DNA of 64,000 nt from Clostridia bacterium (GTDB lineage: Bacteria; Bacillota; Clostridia; Christensenellales; CAG-917), in the NCBI GenBank assembly GCA_045613765.1, contig JAZLBO010000006.1:4042-68041 (forward strand), in the 5' to 3' direction. The notes under the pieces are model-generated. The model had not been told where the DNA came from. It ran no database searches and saw nothing but the letters and a program-made list of their open reading frames with translations. Made by a program: the position numbers and the translations under genes. Shown here piece after piece: positions 1 to 9,476 of the stretch (position 1 is its first letter; the number at the start of each line of letters is the position of its first letter).

Positions 1-979
1 TCAAGTAGGTTGCAAGGTTGTCAACGCCGGGTTGAGAGTCCGTGTCGCAGAATTTGCCGTGCAAATCATTGACCACATAAAAGTCAAGGACAACGAGCAC
101 TGACTCAAAGCAAGTATCGCATTGGTCGTCATTATTGGTGTCGGTGTGAGTATGCTCGGACTCTACGTAATCGGGATCATCTGCCCCACATCCAGTGCAC
201 TTTCCATTTGAATATTGATGGTCGAGTTTTGTGCCTGATGTTGTGCCACAAGTGTCACAGGTCTTGGGTGTTGTGCAGGTTGCACTGTTCCAAGAGTGAC
301 CGAGTGCTGTGCCTGTTGTTGTACCACAAGTGCCACAGGTCTTGGGGGTTGTGCAGGTTGCATTATTCCAAGAGTGACCAAGCGCAGTGCCTGTTGTTGT
401 GCCACAAGTGCCACAGGTCTTGGGCAAGGTGCAGGTTGCGTTGCTCCAATTATGCCCTTTGGCACTGCCTTCAGTTGTTCCACAAGTGGAACAAACTTTG
501 GGGGTTGTGCAAGTGGCTTCTGTCCAAGAGTGTGTATGCACAGGGGTATCTGGGGTGTCGCTTGGGATTGTTGCGCCACAATACTTGCAAGTATTGTTCA
601 CATAAGAGTGATTGTTTTCATCAGGTTGGAACGTGACGATAATCGTGTATTCACTTCCGTCCTTTGTGTAACTCCAGACGCTTTGTCCACCACTTGTGCA
701 AGTGGGTGCAGTATGGGTATATTCAGGCACAAGACCTTCATCTACGTATATGGTTTTATTGCAGTTTTCAGCAACACAAGTGCCTTCAAGAGCAAATACG
801 CCATTGTTGTTGACAAGGGCATATTGATAAGTGTGAGCGTGGGTATCCTGCTCGGTGGGATTTGTGCCATCGGGGATTTGTGGACCGATATTTGCCCAAT
901 CAATATTGCACGAACAAAGAAACAGTGCTGACAGAGTCAACACAATCACCAATATCAAAACTGCAGAAAACTTTTTCAT
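1..979 (-). CDS. Secreted lipoprotein, N-terminal part: signal peptide, 26-aa Cys-rich tandem repeats, then the start of a calcineurin-like metallophosphoesterase / 5'-nucleotidase-type domain. Truncated by the window edge.
   Basis: Not in the ORF track because it runs off the left edge. My translation from the ATG at 977-979 (minus) is open to position 1: MKKFSAVLILVIVLTLSALFLCSCNIDW..., repeats GH(S/N)W(N/S)xATCTxPKTCGTCGTTTGTAL, ending ...DFYVVNDLHGKF (DxHG phosphoesterase motif I). AGGGAG lies 5 nt upstream of the ATG. Confidence 0.7.
   Translation of the reverse strand, partial: MKKFSAVLILVIVLTLSALFLCSCNIDWANIGPQIPDGTNPTEQDTHAHTYQYALVNNNGVFALEGTCVAENCNKTIYVDEGLVPEYTHTAPTCTSGGQSVWSYTKDGSEYTIIVTFQPDENNHSYVNNTCKYCGATIPSDTPDTPVHTHSWTEATCTTPKVCSTCGTTEGSAKGHNWSNATCTLPKTCGTCGTTTGTALGHSWNNATCTTPKTCGTCGTTTGTALGHSWNSATCTTPKTCDTCGTTSGTKLDHQYSNGKCTGCGADDPDYVESEHTHTDTNNDDQCDTCFESVLVVLDFYVVNDLHGKFCDTDSQPGVDNLATYL
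221..535 (-). repeat. About four tandem 78-nt (26-aa) coding repeats, HSW-x-ATCT-x-PK-x-C-x-TCGTT-x-G
   Basis: Seen directly in the translation (residues ~149-253). It also produces the Cys/Gly-rich shadow ORFs on the plus strand (208..636, 296..931). Confidence 0.8.
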
Positions 980-1096
980 TTATTCTCCCTTTTATGCCAC
1001 ACTCCACTGAAAAGTCTCAGTGAAAGCCCGATTCAGTTGTTTATTTCAACACTATTATATCATGAAATAATAAAAATACAAGTGATTTTACATAAA

Positions 1097-1126
1097 CAAA
1101 AAGTGGACTTAATGTCCACTTTTTTG
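1097..1126 (-). terminator. Intrinsic terminator after kdgK
   Basis: Hairpin AGTGGAC-ttaat-GTCCACT (1102-1120) flanked by an A-run and a T-run. On the minus strand the stem is followed by TTTTT. Confidence 0.7.
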
Positions 1127-1148
1127 CTTGTTTAAGTGCCTATTTGGA

Positions 1149-2171
1149 TTATCTTTGCACTCTGCCACTGCCGTCGCCACCTGCGAGTTTTTCAACTTCG
1201 CTGACGCTGACACGGTTGTAGTCCCCTTCAACTGAGTGTTTGAGTGCAGATGCTGCCACTGCAAATTCAATGGCTTGTTGTGTGTCTTTGCCGTTCAAGA
1301 GAGCGTAGATAAGACCACCACCAAAACTGTCGCCACCACCAACACGGTCAACAATGTGAAGATGATATGACTTTGAGAAACAATAGTTATCGCCATCATA
1401 GAGCATGCCTGCCCAATCATTGTCGTTGGCAGAGATTGATGAACGAAGTGTGATTGCAACTTTTTCAAAGCCGAACTTGTCTGCAAGTTGTTTTGCCACT
1501 GATTTGTAGCCTTCGTGATTGAGTTTGCCACCGTAGATGTCTGTATTTTCTGCTTCGATACCAAAGACGTCCTTTGCATCTTCTTCGTTTGAGATGCACA
1601 CGTCAATGTACTGACAGAGTTTTGTCATTGCTTCTCTTGCTTCTGCTCTTGTCCAAAGTTTGCCACGATAGTTAAGGTCGCAAGAAATCTTGACACCTTT
1701 TGCCTTTGCCACTTTGCAAGCCTCAAGGCAGATGTCAACCATATTGCCACCGAGTGCAGGGGTTATGCCTGTAAAGTGGAACCAGTCTGCGCCTTCAAAA
1801 ATGCTATCCCAATCAAAGTCTTCGGGCTTTGCTTCTGCGATTGCAGAGTGTGCTCTATCGTAGATACACACAGAGCCTCTTTGTGATGCGCCTTTTTCAA
1901 GGAAGTAGATGCCTACTCTATCGCCACCACGGACAACCTTTGATGTGTCAACACCAAAATATCTAAGAGAATCCACTGCTGCTTGACCGATTGCGTGCTT
2001 GGGAAGTTTTGTCACATAGACACTGTCAAGGCCGTAGTTGGCAAGGGATACTGCCACGTTGGCTTCTCCGCCGCCAAACGTTGCTTGCATTTGATCGTTT
2101 TGGAAAAATCTATAATATCCGTTGGGTGCAAGACGAAGCATAAGTTCGCCAAATGTTACAACTCTTTTCAT
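1149..2171 (-). CDS. kdgK: 2-dehydro-3-deoxygluconokinase (PfkB family)
   Basis: 340 aa. N-terminus VVTFGELMLRLAPNGYYRF..ATFGGGEANVAVSLANYG and a C-terminal DRVGGGDSFGGGLIY motif are typical of KdgK. Its start overlaps the eda stop (TAATG). Confidence 0.9.
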   Translation of the reverse strand: MKRVVTFGELMLRLAPNGYYRFFQNDQMQATFGGGEANVAVSLANYGLDSVYVTKLPKHAIGQAAVDSLRYFGVDTSKVVRGGDRVGIYFLEKGASQRGSVCIYDRAHSAIAEAKPEDFDWDSIFEGADWFHFTGITPALGGNMVDICLEACKVAKAKGVKISCDLNYRGKLWTRAEAREAMTKLCQYIDVCISNEEDAKDVFGIEAENTDIYGGKLNHEGYKSVAKQLADKFGFEKVAITLRSSISANDNDWAGMLYDGDNYCFSKSYHLHIVDRVGGGDSFGGGLIYALLNGKDTQQAIEFAVAASALKHSVEGDYNRVSVSEVEKLAGGDGSGRVQR

Positions 2172-2728
2172 TATTTTTCTGCCTCCATTTTTTCAAGTGC
2201 CTCTTTGACAAAGAAACTGCCACCAATGGCTGCGATCTTGTCAAATGCCAAAAACTCGTCAATATTGCTTCTGTCCACTCCACCTGTGGGGATAAACTTC
2301 ACTTGGGGGAAAGGTGCAGAGAGTGCTTTCAATGCCTTAAGTCCACCATAGATGTTTGCAGGAAAGAATTTGACTGTTGTGATGCCGTATTCAAGGGCTG
2401 TCATAATTTCTGTGGGGGTTACACAACCAGGATAGTATGGCACGCCACGTTCAACGCAAATCTTTGCCACTGCGTGAGAAAATCCGGGAGATACGATAAA
2501 GGTTGCGCCTGCTTCAAGTGCTTGAAGGCATTGCTCGCCATTGATGACTGTGCCTGCGCCAATTTCCATATCGGGATAGTTTTTCACTGCATATTCAATG
2601 GCTTCTCTTGCACAGGCTGTACGGAAAGTGATTTCTGCACAGTTGATGCCGTTGTTTTTCAATGCTGTAAGAATTTTGTCTGTTTCACCAAGTTCTTTGA
2701 TGACTACAACAGGGATAAATCTTTCCAT
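2171..2728 (-). CDS. eda: KDPG / 4-hydroxy-2-oxoglutarate aldolase
   Basis: 185 aa. IPVVVIKELGET...GINCAEITFRT...FFPA pattern of Eda-family class I aldolases. AGGAG RBS upstream. Confidence 0.85.
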   Translation of the reverse strand: MERFIPVVVIKELGETDKILTALKNNGINCAEITFRTACAREAIEYAVKNYPDMEIGAGTVINGEQCLQALEAGATFIVSPGFSHAVAKICVERGVPYYPGCVTPTEIMTALEYGITTVKFFPANIYGGLKALKALSAPFPQVKFIPTGGVDRSNIDEFLAFDKIAAIGGSFFVKEALEKMEAEK

Positions 2729-2740
2729 TATGCTCTCCTT

Positions 2741-3586
2741 TTACACACCTGAGTATGATGCAAAGCCACAGTCGATGGGAAGGACGACACCTGTGATTGC
2801 TGATGCAGACTTGTCATCACAAAGGAAGAGTGTGCCACCAAGAAGTTCGCTTGCGTCAACAAAACGTCCCATAGGTGTGCCTTTCAAGATCTTTTCGCTA
2901 CGTGCTGTGGGTGTGCCATCTTCGTTGTAGAGAAGTTTGTAATTTTGTGCTGACACCAAAAATCCGGGTGCGATTGCATTGCAACGGATGCCTGTGCCTG
3001 CAAAGTGTGTTGCAAGCCATTGTGTAAAGTTGGAGATGCCTGCCTTTGCTGCTGAATATGCAGGAATTTTGGTGAGAGGTGTGTATGCGTTCATTGATGA
3101 AACGTTGAGGATACAACCACTCTTCTTTTCAACCATATCTTTTGCAAATGCTTGTGTGGGAAGAAGTGTGCCTTGGAAGTTGAGTTTGAAGACGAAATCT
3201 ACACCGTCTGCTGAAAGGTCAAAGAAAGACTTTCCACCTTCTTTTGCTTCGTGTTGATATTCGTTGTCTGTGGTTGCTCTGGGGTTGTTGCCACCTGCAC
3301 CGTTGACAAGGATATCGCAAGCACCAAGGTCACGAAGGACTGCTTGATGCACTTCTTCAAGAGAAACGGGATCAAGGACGTTTGCCTTGTAACCTTCACA
3401 GACAAAGCCTTCTGCCTTCAATTCTTCTGCAAGTGCCTTGACTGCATCTTCATTAAGGTCAAGGGCTGCAACCTTTGCGCCTGATTGAGCAAATGCTCTT
3501 GCCATTGCGCCACAGATAAGTCCACCTGCACCTGTGACAACCACTACTTTTCCACTGAAATCTACGTTGATGGGAAGTTGTATCAT
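2741..3586 (-). CDS. uxuB: SDR-family D-mannonate oxidoreductase (fructuronate reductase type)
   Basis: 281 aa. Rossmann motif VVVVTGAGGLICGAMA and SDR Y/K region SAYSAAKAG. Sits between uxuA and eda. Confidence 0.75.
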   Translation of the reverse strand: MIQLPINVDFSGKVVVVTGAGGLICGAMARAFAQSGAKVAALDLNEDAVKALAEELKAEGFVCEGYKANVLDPVSLEEVHQAVLRDLGACDILVNGAGGNNPRATTDNEYQHEAKEGGKSFFDLSADGVDFVFKLNFQGTLLPTQAFAKDMVEKKSGCILNVSSMNAYTPLTKIPAYSAAKAGISNFTQWLATHFAGTGIRCNAIAPGFLVSAQNYKLLYNEDGTPTARSEKILKGTPMGRFVDASELLGGTLFLCDDKSASAITGVVLPIDCGFASYSGV

Positions 3587-3689
3587 TTATATGTTCTCCT
3601 TATCATTAAATCAATATAACATTTTAATTTGTTTTGATAAATTTGTTTGTGTTTTTGAATATTTTGTTTGTTTTGAGTGTTCTAACCGA

Positions 3690-4778
3690 CTATTTTTTGT
3701 CAAACTTTTCAAGGCTATCCCACACGCCGAGCATATACATTATGCCGAGAGCACGGTCATAAAGTCCATAGCCGGGACGTACCTTGCCGGGAACTTCGTC
3801 CCAAAGGTGTCTGCCGTGGTCGGGACGGATGTATCCTTCAAAGCCACAATCGTGATATGCTTTGAGGATTTCAAGAATGCCTGTATCTCCGTCACAATCT
3901 CTATGGCTTGCCTCTGAAAAATCACCGTTTTCAAAGTGCTTGACGTTTCTTATGTGTGCAAATGCAATTCTATCGCAGTGCTTGCGTACGATTTCTGCCA
4001 CGTTGTTGTTGGGGTCTGCATTAAGACTGCCAGAACAAAGGGTAAGACAGTTGTATTCATCATCAACCATCTTGAGAAATCTGTCAATATTTGCCTCGTT
4101 GACAAGAAGTCTGGGAAGACCAAAGATATCCCAAGGGGGATCATCCATGTGGATTGCCATCTTAATGTCACACTCACGGCAAGTGGGCATAATTGCTTCA
4201 AGGAAGTATTTGAGATTTGCCCAAAGTTTTTCGTGGTCGATACCTTCATATGCCTTGAAAAGTTCATCAAGTTTTGCCATACGTTCAGGCTCCCAACCGG
4301 GGAAAGACATATTGTACTTTTCTGTGAAGTCAAGGATGTACTTTGCCATTGCATTGTAGTCATCTTGGATCATATTCTTTTGGTAGAAAAGTGCCGTTGA
4401 GCCGTCGCCTACGGGGTGGAAAAGATCACTTCTTGTCCAGTCAAAGATGGGCATAAAGTTATAACATATAACTTTGACACCAAATTTTGAAAGGTTGCGG
4501 ATGGTTGTCTTGTAGTTTTCAATGTAGCCATCTCTTGTGGGAAGACCAATCTTGATGTCGTCGTGCACGTTGACTGATTCTACAACGTCCATATTGAAGC
4601 CGTATTCATCAAATTGTGCTTTGACTTCAGCGATTTCTTCTTCTGTCCACACTTCGCCGGGAAGTTTGTGATGAAGTGCCCACACGATTCCGTCAACACC
4701 GGGAATTTGCTTGATGTCACTGAGTTTTATGCGATCATTTCCTTCGCCATACCAGCGAAAAGTCATTTTCATTGGCAT
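3690..4778 (-). CDS. uxuA: Mannonate dehydratase
   Basis: 362 aa. MKMTFRWYGEGND... N-terminus is characteristic of UxuA. AAGGAGAA RBS 7 nt upstream. Confidence 0.92.
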   Translation of the reverse strand: MPMKMTFRWYGEGNDRIKLSDIKQIPGVDGIVWALHHKLPGEVWTEEEIAEVKAQFDEYGFNMDVVESVNVHDDIKIGLPTRDGYIENYKTTIRNLSKFGVKVICYNFMPIFDWTRSDLFHPVGDGSTALFYQKNMIQDDYNAMAKYILDFTEKYNMSFPGWEPERMAKLDELFKAYEGIDHEKLWANLKYFLEAIMPTCRECDIKMAIHMDDPPWDIFGLPRLLVNEANIDRFLKMVDDEYNCLTLCSGSLNADPNNNVAEIVRKHCDRIAFAHIRNVKHFENGDFSEASHRDCDGDTGILEILKAYHDCGFEGYIRPDHGRHLWDEVPGKVRPGYGLYDRALGIMYMLGVWDSLEKFDKK

Positions 4779-4809
4779 ATATCTATTCTCCTTTTATATT
4801 GAACAAATT

Positions 4810-6210
4810 TTACAGATTAAAATATTTTTGTGCATTGTGGTGGCAGATGTCACTGACAATTTTGCCAAGGGCGTCATAGTCGCAAGGATATTCGCCGTTT
4901 TCTACCCACTCGCCTATAAGACTGCAAAGTATTCTTCTAAAATACTCGTGTCTTGTATAACTCAAGAAACTTCTGCTGTCTGTGAGCATACCCACAAAGT
5001 TGCCAAGAAGGGACAAATTGGCAAGGCTTGTAAGTTGGTCACGCATACCCTGTTTGTTGTCGTTGAACCACCAAGCACTGCCGTGTTGTATTTTGCCTTG
5101 AACTTCTGTGCCTTGGAAAGCACCGATAAGTGTGTCAATAAATTGATTGTCACTGGGGTCAAGGCTGTAAATGATTGTTTTGGGCAAATTGTTTTCTTTG
5201 TTGAGTCTGTCAAGAAGTGATGCAAGTTTTCTACTGCCGTTGTCGGGGCCTATGCAATCAAATCCTGTGTCTGCACCAAGGGTTGCAAATGCCTTTGAAT
5301 TGGGGTTGCGCATACAGTTGTAATGAAGTTGCATAACCCAACCCAAACGATTGTACTCTCTTGCACAGTGGACAAGAAGTTCAGTTTTGACACTTTCAAC
5401 TTCTTCTGCTGTGACGCTCTTGCCTGCAAGTGCTTTTGAGATGATTTTGTTCATTTCATCTTCACTTGCCTCAACATAAATCATCTTGTCAAGACCGTGA
5501 TCACTTGCCTTGCATCCGTGATTGTTGAAATATTCAATTCTATTTGTAAGCGCACTCTTGATTGAATTCAAATCCTTGATTTCAACACCGGACACAACTT
5601 CAAGTTTTTTGATGTATTCTGTCCAATCTGCCTTTTCAAGATTGAGTGCTTTGTCAGGTCTAAATGAAGGGGCAACCACTGTGTCAAAGGTGTTGTCTTC
5701 TTTGAGCAATTTGTGGTATTCGAGGGTGTCAATGGGATCGTCTGTTGTGCCAATCATTTGAACGTTGCTATCCTTGATGATACTGCGCACACTGACATTT
5801 TCTTCCTTGAGTTTTTTCTCACAAAGATCCCACACGTCTTTGGCAGTTTGTCCGTTTAGAACGCCTGTATATCCAAAATATTTCTTAAGTTCCAAGTGAC
5901 ACCAGTGATACATAGGATTGCCGATTGCCTTGGGAAGAAGTTCTGCAAATTTGACAAACTTTTCATAGGGTGTTGCGCCACCTGTGATGTAATATTCATC
6001 AACTCCGTTAGAGCGCATAAGACGCCACTTGTAGTGGTCGCCAGAAAGCCAAAGTTCAGTTATGTTGGCAAAGTGCTTATCTTCGTAAATCTCTTTGGGA
6101 TTGACGTGACAATGATAGTCAATGATAGGCAATTTTTCTGCATAGTCAAAATAGAGTTTCCTTGAAGTCTTTGTGTTCAAAAGAAAGTTCTTATCCAAAA
6201 ATTTTGACAT
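4810..6210 (-). CDS. uxaC: Glucuronate isomerase
   Basis: 466 aa. FLDKNFLL..LYFDYAEKLPIIDYHCHV is the conserved UxaC N-terminus. AGGAGA RBS. Confidence 0.93.
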   Translation of the reverse strand: MSKFLDKNFLLNTKTSRKLYFDYAEKLPIIDYHCHVNPKEIYEDKHFANITELWLSGDHYKWRLMRSNGVDEYYITGGATPYEKFVKFAELLPKAIGNPMYHWCHLELKKYFGYTGVLNGQTAKDVWDLCEKKLKEENVSVRSIIKDSNVQMIGTTDDPIDTLEYHKLLKEDNTFDTVVAPSFRPDKALNLEKADWTEYIKKLEVVSGVEIKDLNSIKSALTNRIEYFNNHGCKASDHGLDKMIYVEASEDEMNKIISKALAGKSVTAEEVESVKTELLVHCAREYNRLGWVMQLHYNCMRNPNSKAFATLGADTGFDCIGPDNGSRKLASLLDRLNKENNLPKTIIYSLDPSDNQFIDTLIGAFQGTEVQGKIQHGSAWWFNDNKQGMRDQLTSLANLSLLGNFVGMLTDSRSFLSYTRHEYFRRILCSLIGEWVENGEYPCDYDALGKIVSDICHHNAQKYFNL

Positions 6211-6255
6211 CTTTTTCTCCTTGTAGTCCTTGTATAGTTTGTCCTATTCAGTCAC

Positions 6256-7482
6256 TTATTTTCTTATATTCTCACGATATTCACGAGGGGTTTTGCCCAC
6301 TTGTCTTTTGAATATTTTTGAGAAGTACTGCACGTCCATAATGCCACAGTGCATTGCGATTGTTTGGATTTGCAGATTGGTTGTGTTGAGAAGGTGCACT
6401 GCGTGATTGATGCGCTTATCTCTTATATACTCAATGACTGTCTTTCCCGTTTCCTTTTTGAACACGGTTGCAAGATACTCTGCAGTTATGTTTTGCCTTC
6501 TTGCAAGGTCGTGGAGAGAAAGTTCGGCAGAAATGTCTGCTTCAATCATCAAGATTGTGTTTTTTACCACGTTAGAATACTTGTTTGTCACGTGTTTTCT
6601 TACAAGACGGCAATATGAAGAAAAGATTTCTCTCATCATATCAGGCACTGTTTTCACATTGGCGATTTGCTCAATCTTGGTGGCAATACGTGATGATATT
6701 CTATCTATGTGCAAGGGGTGGACACCACCTTGTTCTGCTGCTTTACGAAGGAGCGTATTCATGATGATGCAGTAGTTTTTCGCATTTCTAACTGGGTCTT
6801 GCACTCTCTTTTCCAAAATGTTGCTCGTGAAGGTAGACATCAAAATTTTGTCCTTGTGCTGTTGACCAAGTGCCACTGCTTGTATCATTTCATTTTCAAA
6901 GGCATAGCGAAGTTCAAGCCTTTCAATATTGGCAAGGGTTTCATTGAAGTCATCATTTCTTGTGATTTGGTCAAGAGATGAAAATGCGAGAAGATCCCCT
7001 TTGTTGACGTCAACGATTGCAAAGGACTTTGTGTCCCAAATATTTTCACAAAAGGCGTCAATCATCATAAACAAATGATCGTTGTCGCCAATGATAGGCA
7101 AAGTTGTGTAATACTCTTTCAAATATTTCTGCACATTGGGGGCAATGGCAAGTTTCTCGCTGATTTCCAAAATCTCGTTTGAAGACATGGGATTTTTGAG
7201 ATAGGGCCCAATAGATAACAGGTTTTGCTCATCTTTGGTGGGAAGTTTGATGACTATGAAGTGCAATCTAAACTCGTTGACGAAATTGTACTTCGTCTTT
7301 GCGTCAACAGTGCCAAGATACTCTTTTATTGTGACACTCAAGGACTTGCAATCCCCAACGATTGACGTAAGATATGAATCAAGCATCACTTCTGCCTTGT
7401 CATCTTGTGAAAAATTGCAGGTGTGAATATGACATTTGGTCAATGTGTCAATCAAAAACTTGTATTCCACTTCACAATTCAT
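6256..7482 (-). CDS. AraC-family transcriptional regulator
   Basis: 408 aa. C-terminal double HTH (LSLHDLARRQNITAEYLATVFKKETGKTVIEYIRDKRINHAVHLL...TIAMHCGIMDVQYFSKIFKRQVGKTPREYR). The N-terminal domain is not recognised. Confidence 0.85.
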   Translation of the reverse strand: MNCEVEYKFLIDTLTKCHIHTCNFSQDDKAEVMLDSYLTSIVGDCKSLSVTIKEYLGTVDAKTKYNFVNEFRLHFIVIKLPTKDEQNLLSIGPYLKNPMSSNEILEISEKLAIAPNVQKYLKEYYTTLPIIGDNDHLFMMIDAFCENIWDTKSFAIVDVNKGDLLAFSSLDQITRNDDFNETLANIERLELRYAFENEMIQAVALGQQHKDKILMSTFTSNILEKRVQDPVRNAKNYCIIMNTLLRKAAEQGGVHPLHIDRISSRIATKIEQIANVKTVPDMMREIFSSYCRLVRKHVTNKYSNVVKNTILMIEADISAELSLHDLARRQNITAEYLATVFKKETGKTVIEYIRDKRINHAVHLLNTTNLQIQTIAMHCGIMDVQYFSKIFKRQVGKTPREYRENIRK

Positions 7483-7531
7483 ATCTCACCTATTGCACAA
7501 ATTTTGTTGCGCCAATTTCCTTTGTGCTTTC

Positions 7532-7560
7532 ATTATTACACGAATTTTTGACTTTTGCAA
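7532..7560 (-). promoter_or_regulatory. Candidate sigma-A promoter for the araC-uxaC...kdgK transcription unit
   Basis: Minus strand reads TTGCAA (7555-7560), 17 nt, then TGtAATAAT (extended -10, hexamer 7532-7537), about 50 nt upstream of the araC start. Confidence 0.4.
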
Positions 7561-7702
7561 TAGTTTTTTTTCAACAAATATGAAAATAATACAAAAAAAG
7601 ATTAAATTTGCTCTATAATTTTTTTCTAAATGCAGTTATAATATAATCAGTCTTTAAGACACAATATAAAAACAATATTAAAAACATAAGGGAGAAAATC
7701 AA

Positions 7703-9373
7703 ATGAAAAAAAGACAACCCCAATTGGATGCCAATGGCCGTCGCAAATTTGGTATTCTCGACAAACTGGCTTATGCAGCAGGCGATCTTGGCTGTAACAT
7801 GAGTTTTGGTTTGAAGAGTACCGTCCAAACATTCTGGCTCATCTATATGGCCATGGAAACCGGTATCCTTTCTGCACTTCTCTTGGTCGTTCAAATTTGG
7901 GACGCAATCAATGACCCCATTATCGGCACAATTATTGACGCAGACAAGCGCAAGTACAAACTTGGCAAATTCAAGACCTATATCTTGATTGGCGCAATTG
8001 GTCTTATCGTCGGTGGCGCAATGGTATTCTTGCCCTTCCCCAATGCAGATCTCTGGCTCAAGTGTGTTCTCTTCATCCTTGGCTATATCGTTTGGGACGC
8101 AGCATACACAATGGCAAACGTGCCTTACGGCTCAATGCTTTCATTGGTCTCAGAAGACGCATCAGAAAGAGCACAACTTTCAACATGGCGTTCAATCGGC
8201 TCAATGATCGGCAATATCCTTCCCGGTGTTATCCTTCCCTTCCTTATCTGGCACAATGAAGTTGATGCAGCAGGCAATCCTATCATCAACCCCGAAACAG
8301 GAAAACAAGTTCAAACCCTCATGGGCGACAGAGTTTTCTGGGCAGCACTCATTATGGGTGTCCTTGGATTTGCATGCTTTATGTTTATGATCAAAGGCAT
8401 CACAATCCGTGCAGACGAATATTCAGTCAAAACAAATGAAGGTGGCGGAAAATTCAACGTAGGCAAAGCATTTGTCAACTTTATAAAGAACCGTCCTGCA
8501 GTTGGCGCAACTGTTGCAGCAATGGGTATGTTCCTTGGTATGCAATCTGCAACAACAGCAAATACAGTTATGTTTGCAACATACTTTGGCAAGGCAGAAT
8601 GGGCAGGCCTTGTCATGGCAATAGGTTTTGTGCCTATGTTCGTATTTATGCCCTTCGTAAAGAAACTTGTTGATAAGTTCGGCAAGAAAGAAGCATCAAC
8701 AGTTGGCACGTTGGTTTCAGTCCTTGGTGGCGCAGTCATGATGATCTTCCCCGCAATCAAGAACACTGACGCAGCACTTGCTGTCTATATGGTTGCTCTC
8801 GTTCTCTTTGGTCTTGGCATGGGCTTCTACACCTGTGTTTCATGGGCACTCATGGGCGACGCAATCGACTACAACGAATGGAAGACAGGTCAACGTGAAG
8901 AAGGCACAGTCTATTCACTCCACTCATTCTTCCGTAAACTTGCACAAGGTGTTGGACCCTCAATCGTCCTTCTCATCATGGGCGCACTCGGTTACGTTTC
9001 AGCACTTGGCACAGAAGGTCAATCATTTGAAACATCACACAATATGTGCTGGCTCGTTGCAGGCCTCTATCTCTTCAGTGCAGTTGTTCAATTTATCGGT
9101 ATTGGCGTCATCTACAACATTGACAAGAAGACTCTCATCAAGATGACAGAAGAACTCCAAGAACAACGCAAACTCAACGCAGAACAAGAAGCACAAGAAA
9201 ACGGCGAAGTTGCAGAAGGCGAAGAAAATGTTGAAACAGAAGACAACGTCTTCACAACAGAAGAAGATCCTTGTGGACAATGTGATGTTCCTGAAGTTGA
9301 AATGCCTGAATTGGAATCACCCGAATTCCCCGTGGTCGAATTCCCCGAAATTATTGACAACGATAAAGAATAA
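7703..9373 (+). CDS. GPH/MFS-family glycoside-pentoside-hexuronide:cation symporter (glucuronide transporter-like) with a ~70-aa acidic C-terminal tail
   Basis: 556 aa. N-terminus KFGILDKLAYAAGDLGCNMSF and a multi-TM profile typical of MelB/GusB-type carriers. Adjacent to the GH2 gene. AGGGAGAA RBS. Confidence 0.8.
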   Translation: MKKRQPQLDANGRRKFGILDKLAYAAGDLGCNMSFGLKSTVQTFWLIYMAMETGILSALLLVVQIWDAINDPIIGTIIDADKRKYKLGKFKTYILIGAIGLIVGGAMVFLPFPNADLWLKCVLFILGYIVWDAAYTMANVPYGSMLSLVSEDASERAQLSTWRSIGSMIGNILPGVILPFLIWHNEVDAAGNPIINPETGKQVQTLMGDRVFWAALIMGVLGFACFMFMIKGITIRADEYSVKTNEGGGKFNVGKAFVNFIKNRPAVGATVAAMGMFLGMQSATTANTVMFATYFGKAEWAGLVMAIGFVPMFVFMPFVKKLVDKFGKKEASTVGTLVSVLGGAVMMIFPAIKNTDAALAVYMVALVLFGLGMGFYTCVSWALMGDAIDYNEWKTGQREEGTVYSLHSFFRKLAQGVGPSIVLLIMGALGYVSALGTEGQSFETSHNMCWLVAGLYLFSAVVQFIGIGVIYNIDKKTLIKMTEELQEQRKLNAEQEAQENGEVAEGEENVETEDNVFTTEEDPCGQCDVPEVEMPELESPEFPVVEFPEIIDNDKE

Positions 9374-9392
9374 TCACTGAACTTAAAACTTG

Positions 9393-9422
9393 GGCGTCCG
9401 TTCGTTTGGACGGACGCCTTTT
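9393..9422 (+). terminator. Intrinsic terminator after the transporter gene
   Basis: 9-bp stem GGCGTCCGT / ACGGACGCC (9393-9401, 9410-9418) followed by TTTT. Confidence 0.75.
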
Positions 9423-9476
9423 ATAAGGCTTTTATATTTGATATTGGGATATACCAATATATAATAAGGAGAAAAT

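Noticed and set aside
163-931. Track ORFs 163..579(-), 208..636(+), 296..931(+) and 387..605(+), with Cys/Gly/Gln-rich translations
   Set aside because: They are out-of-frame or antisense shadows of the 78-nt tandem repeats. The frame opening at the ATG at 979 (with signal peptide and RBS) is the one that continues without stops to the window edge and yields recognisable domains.
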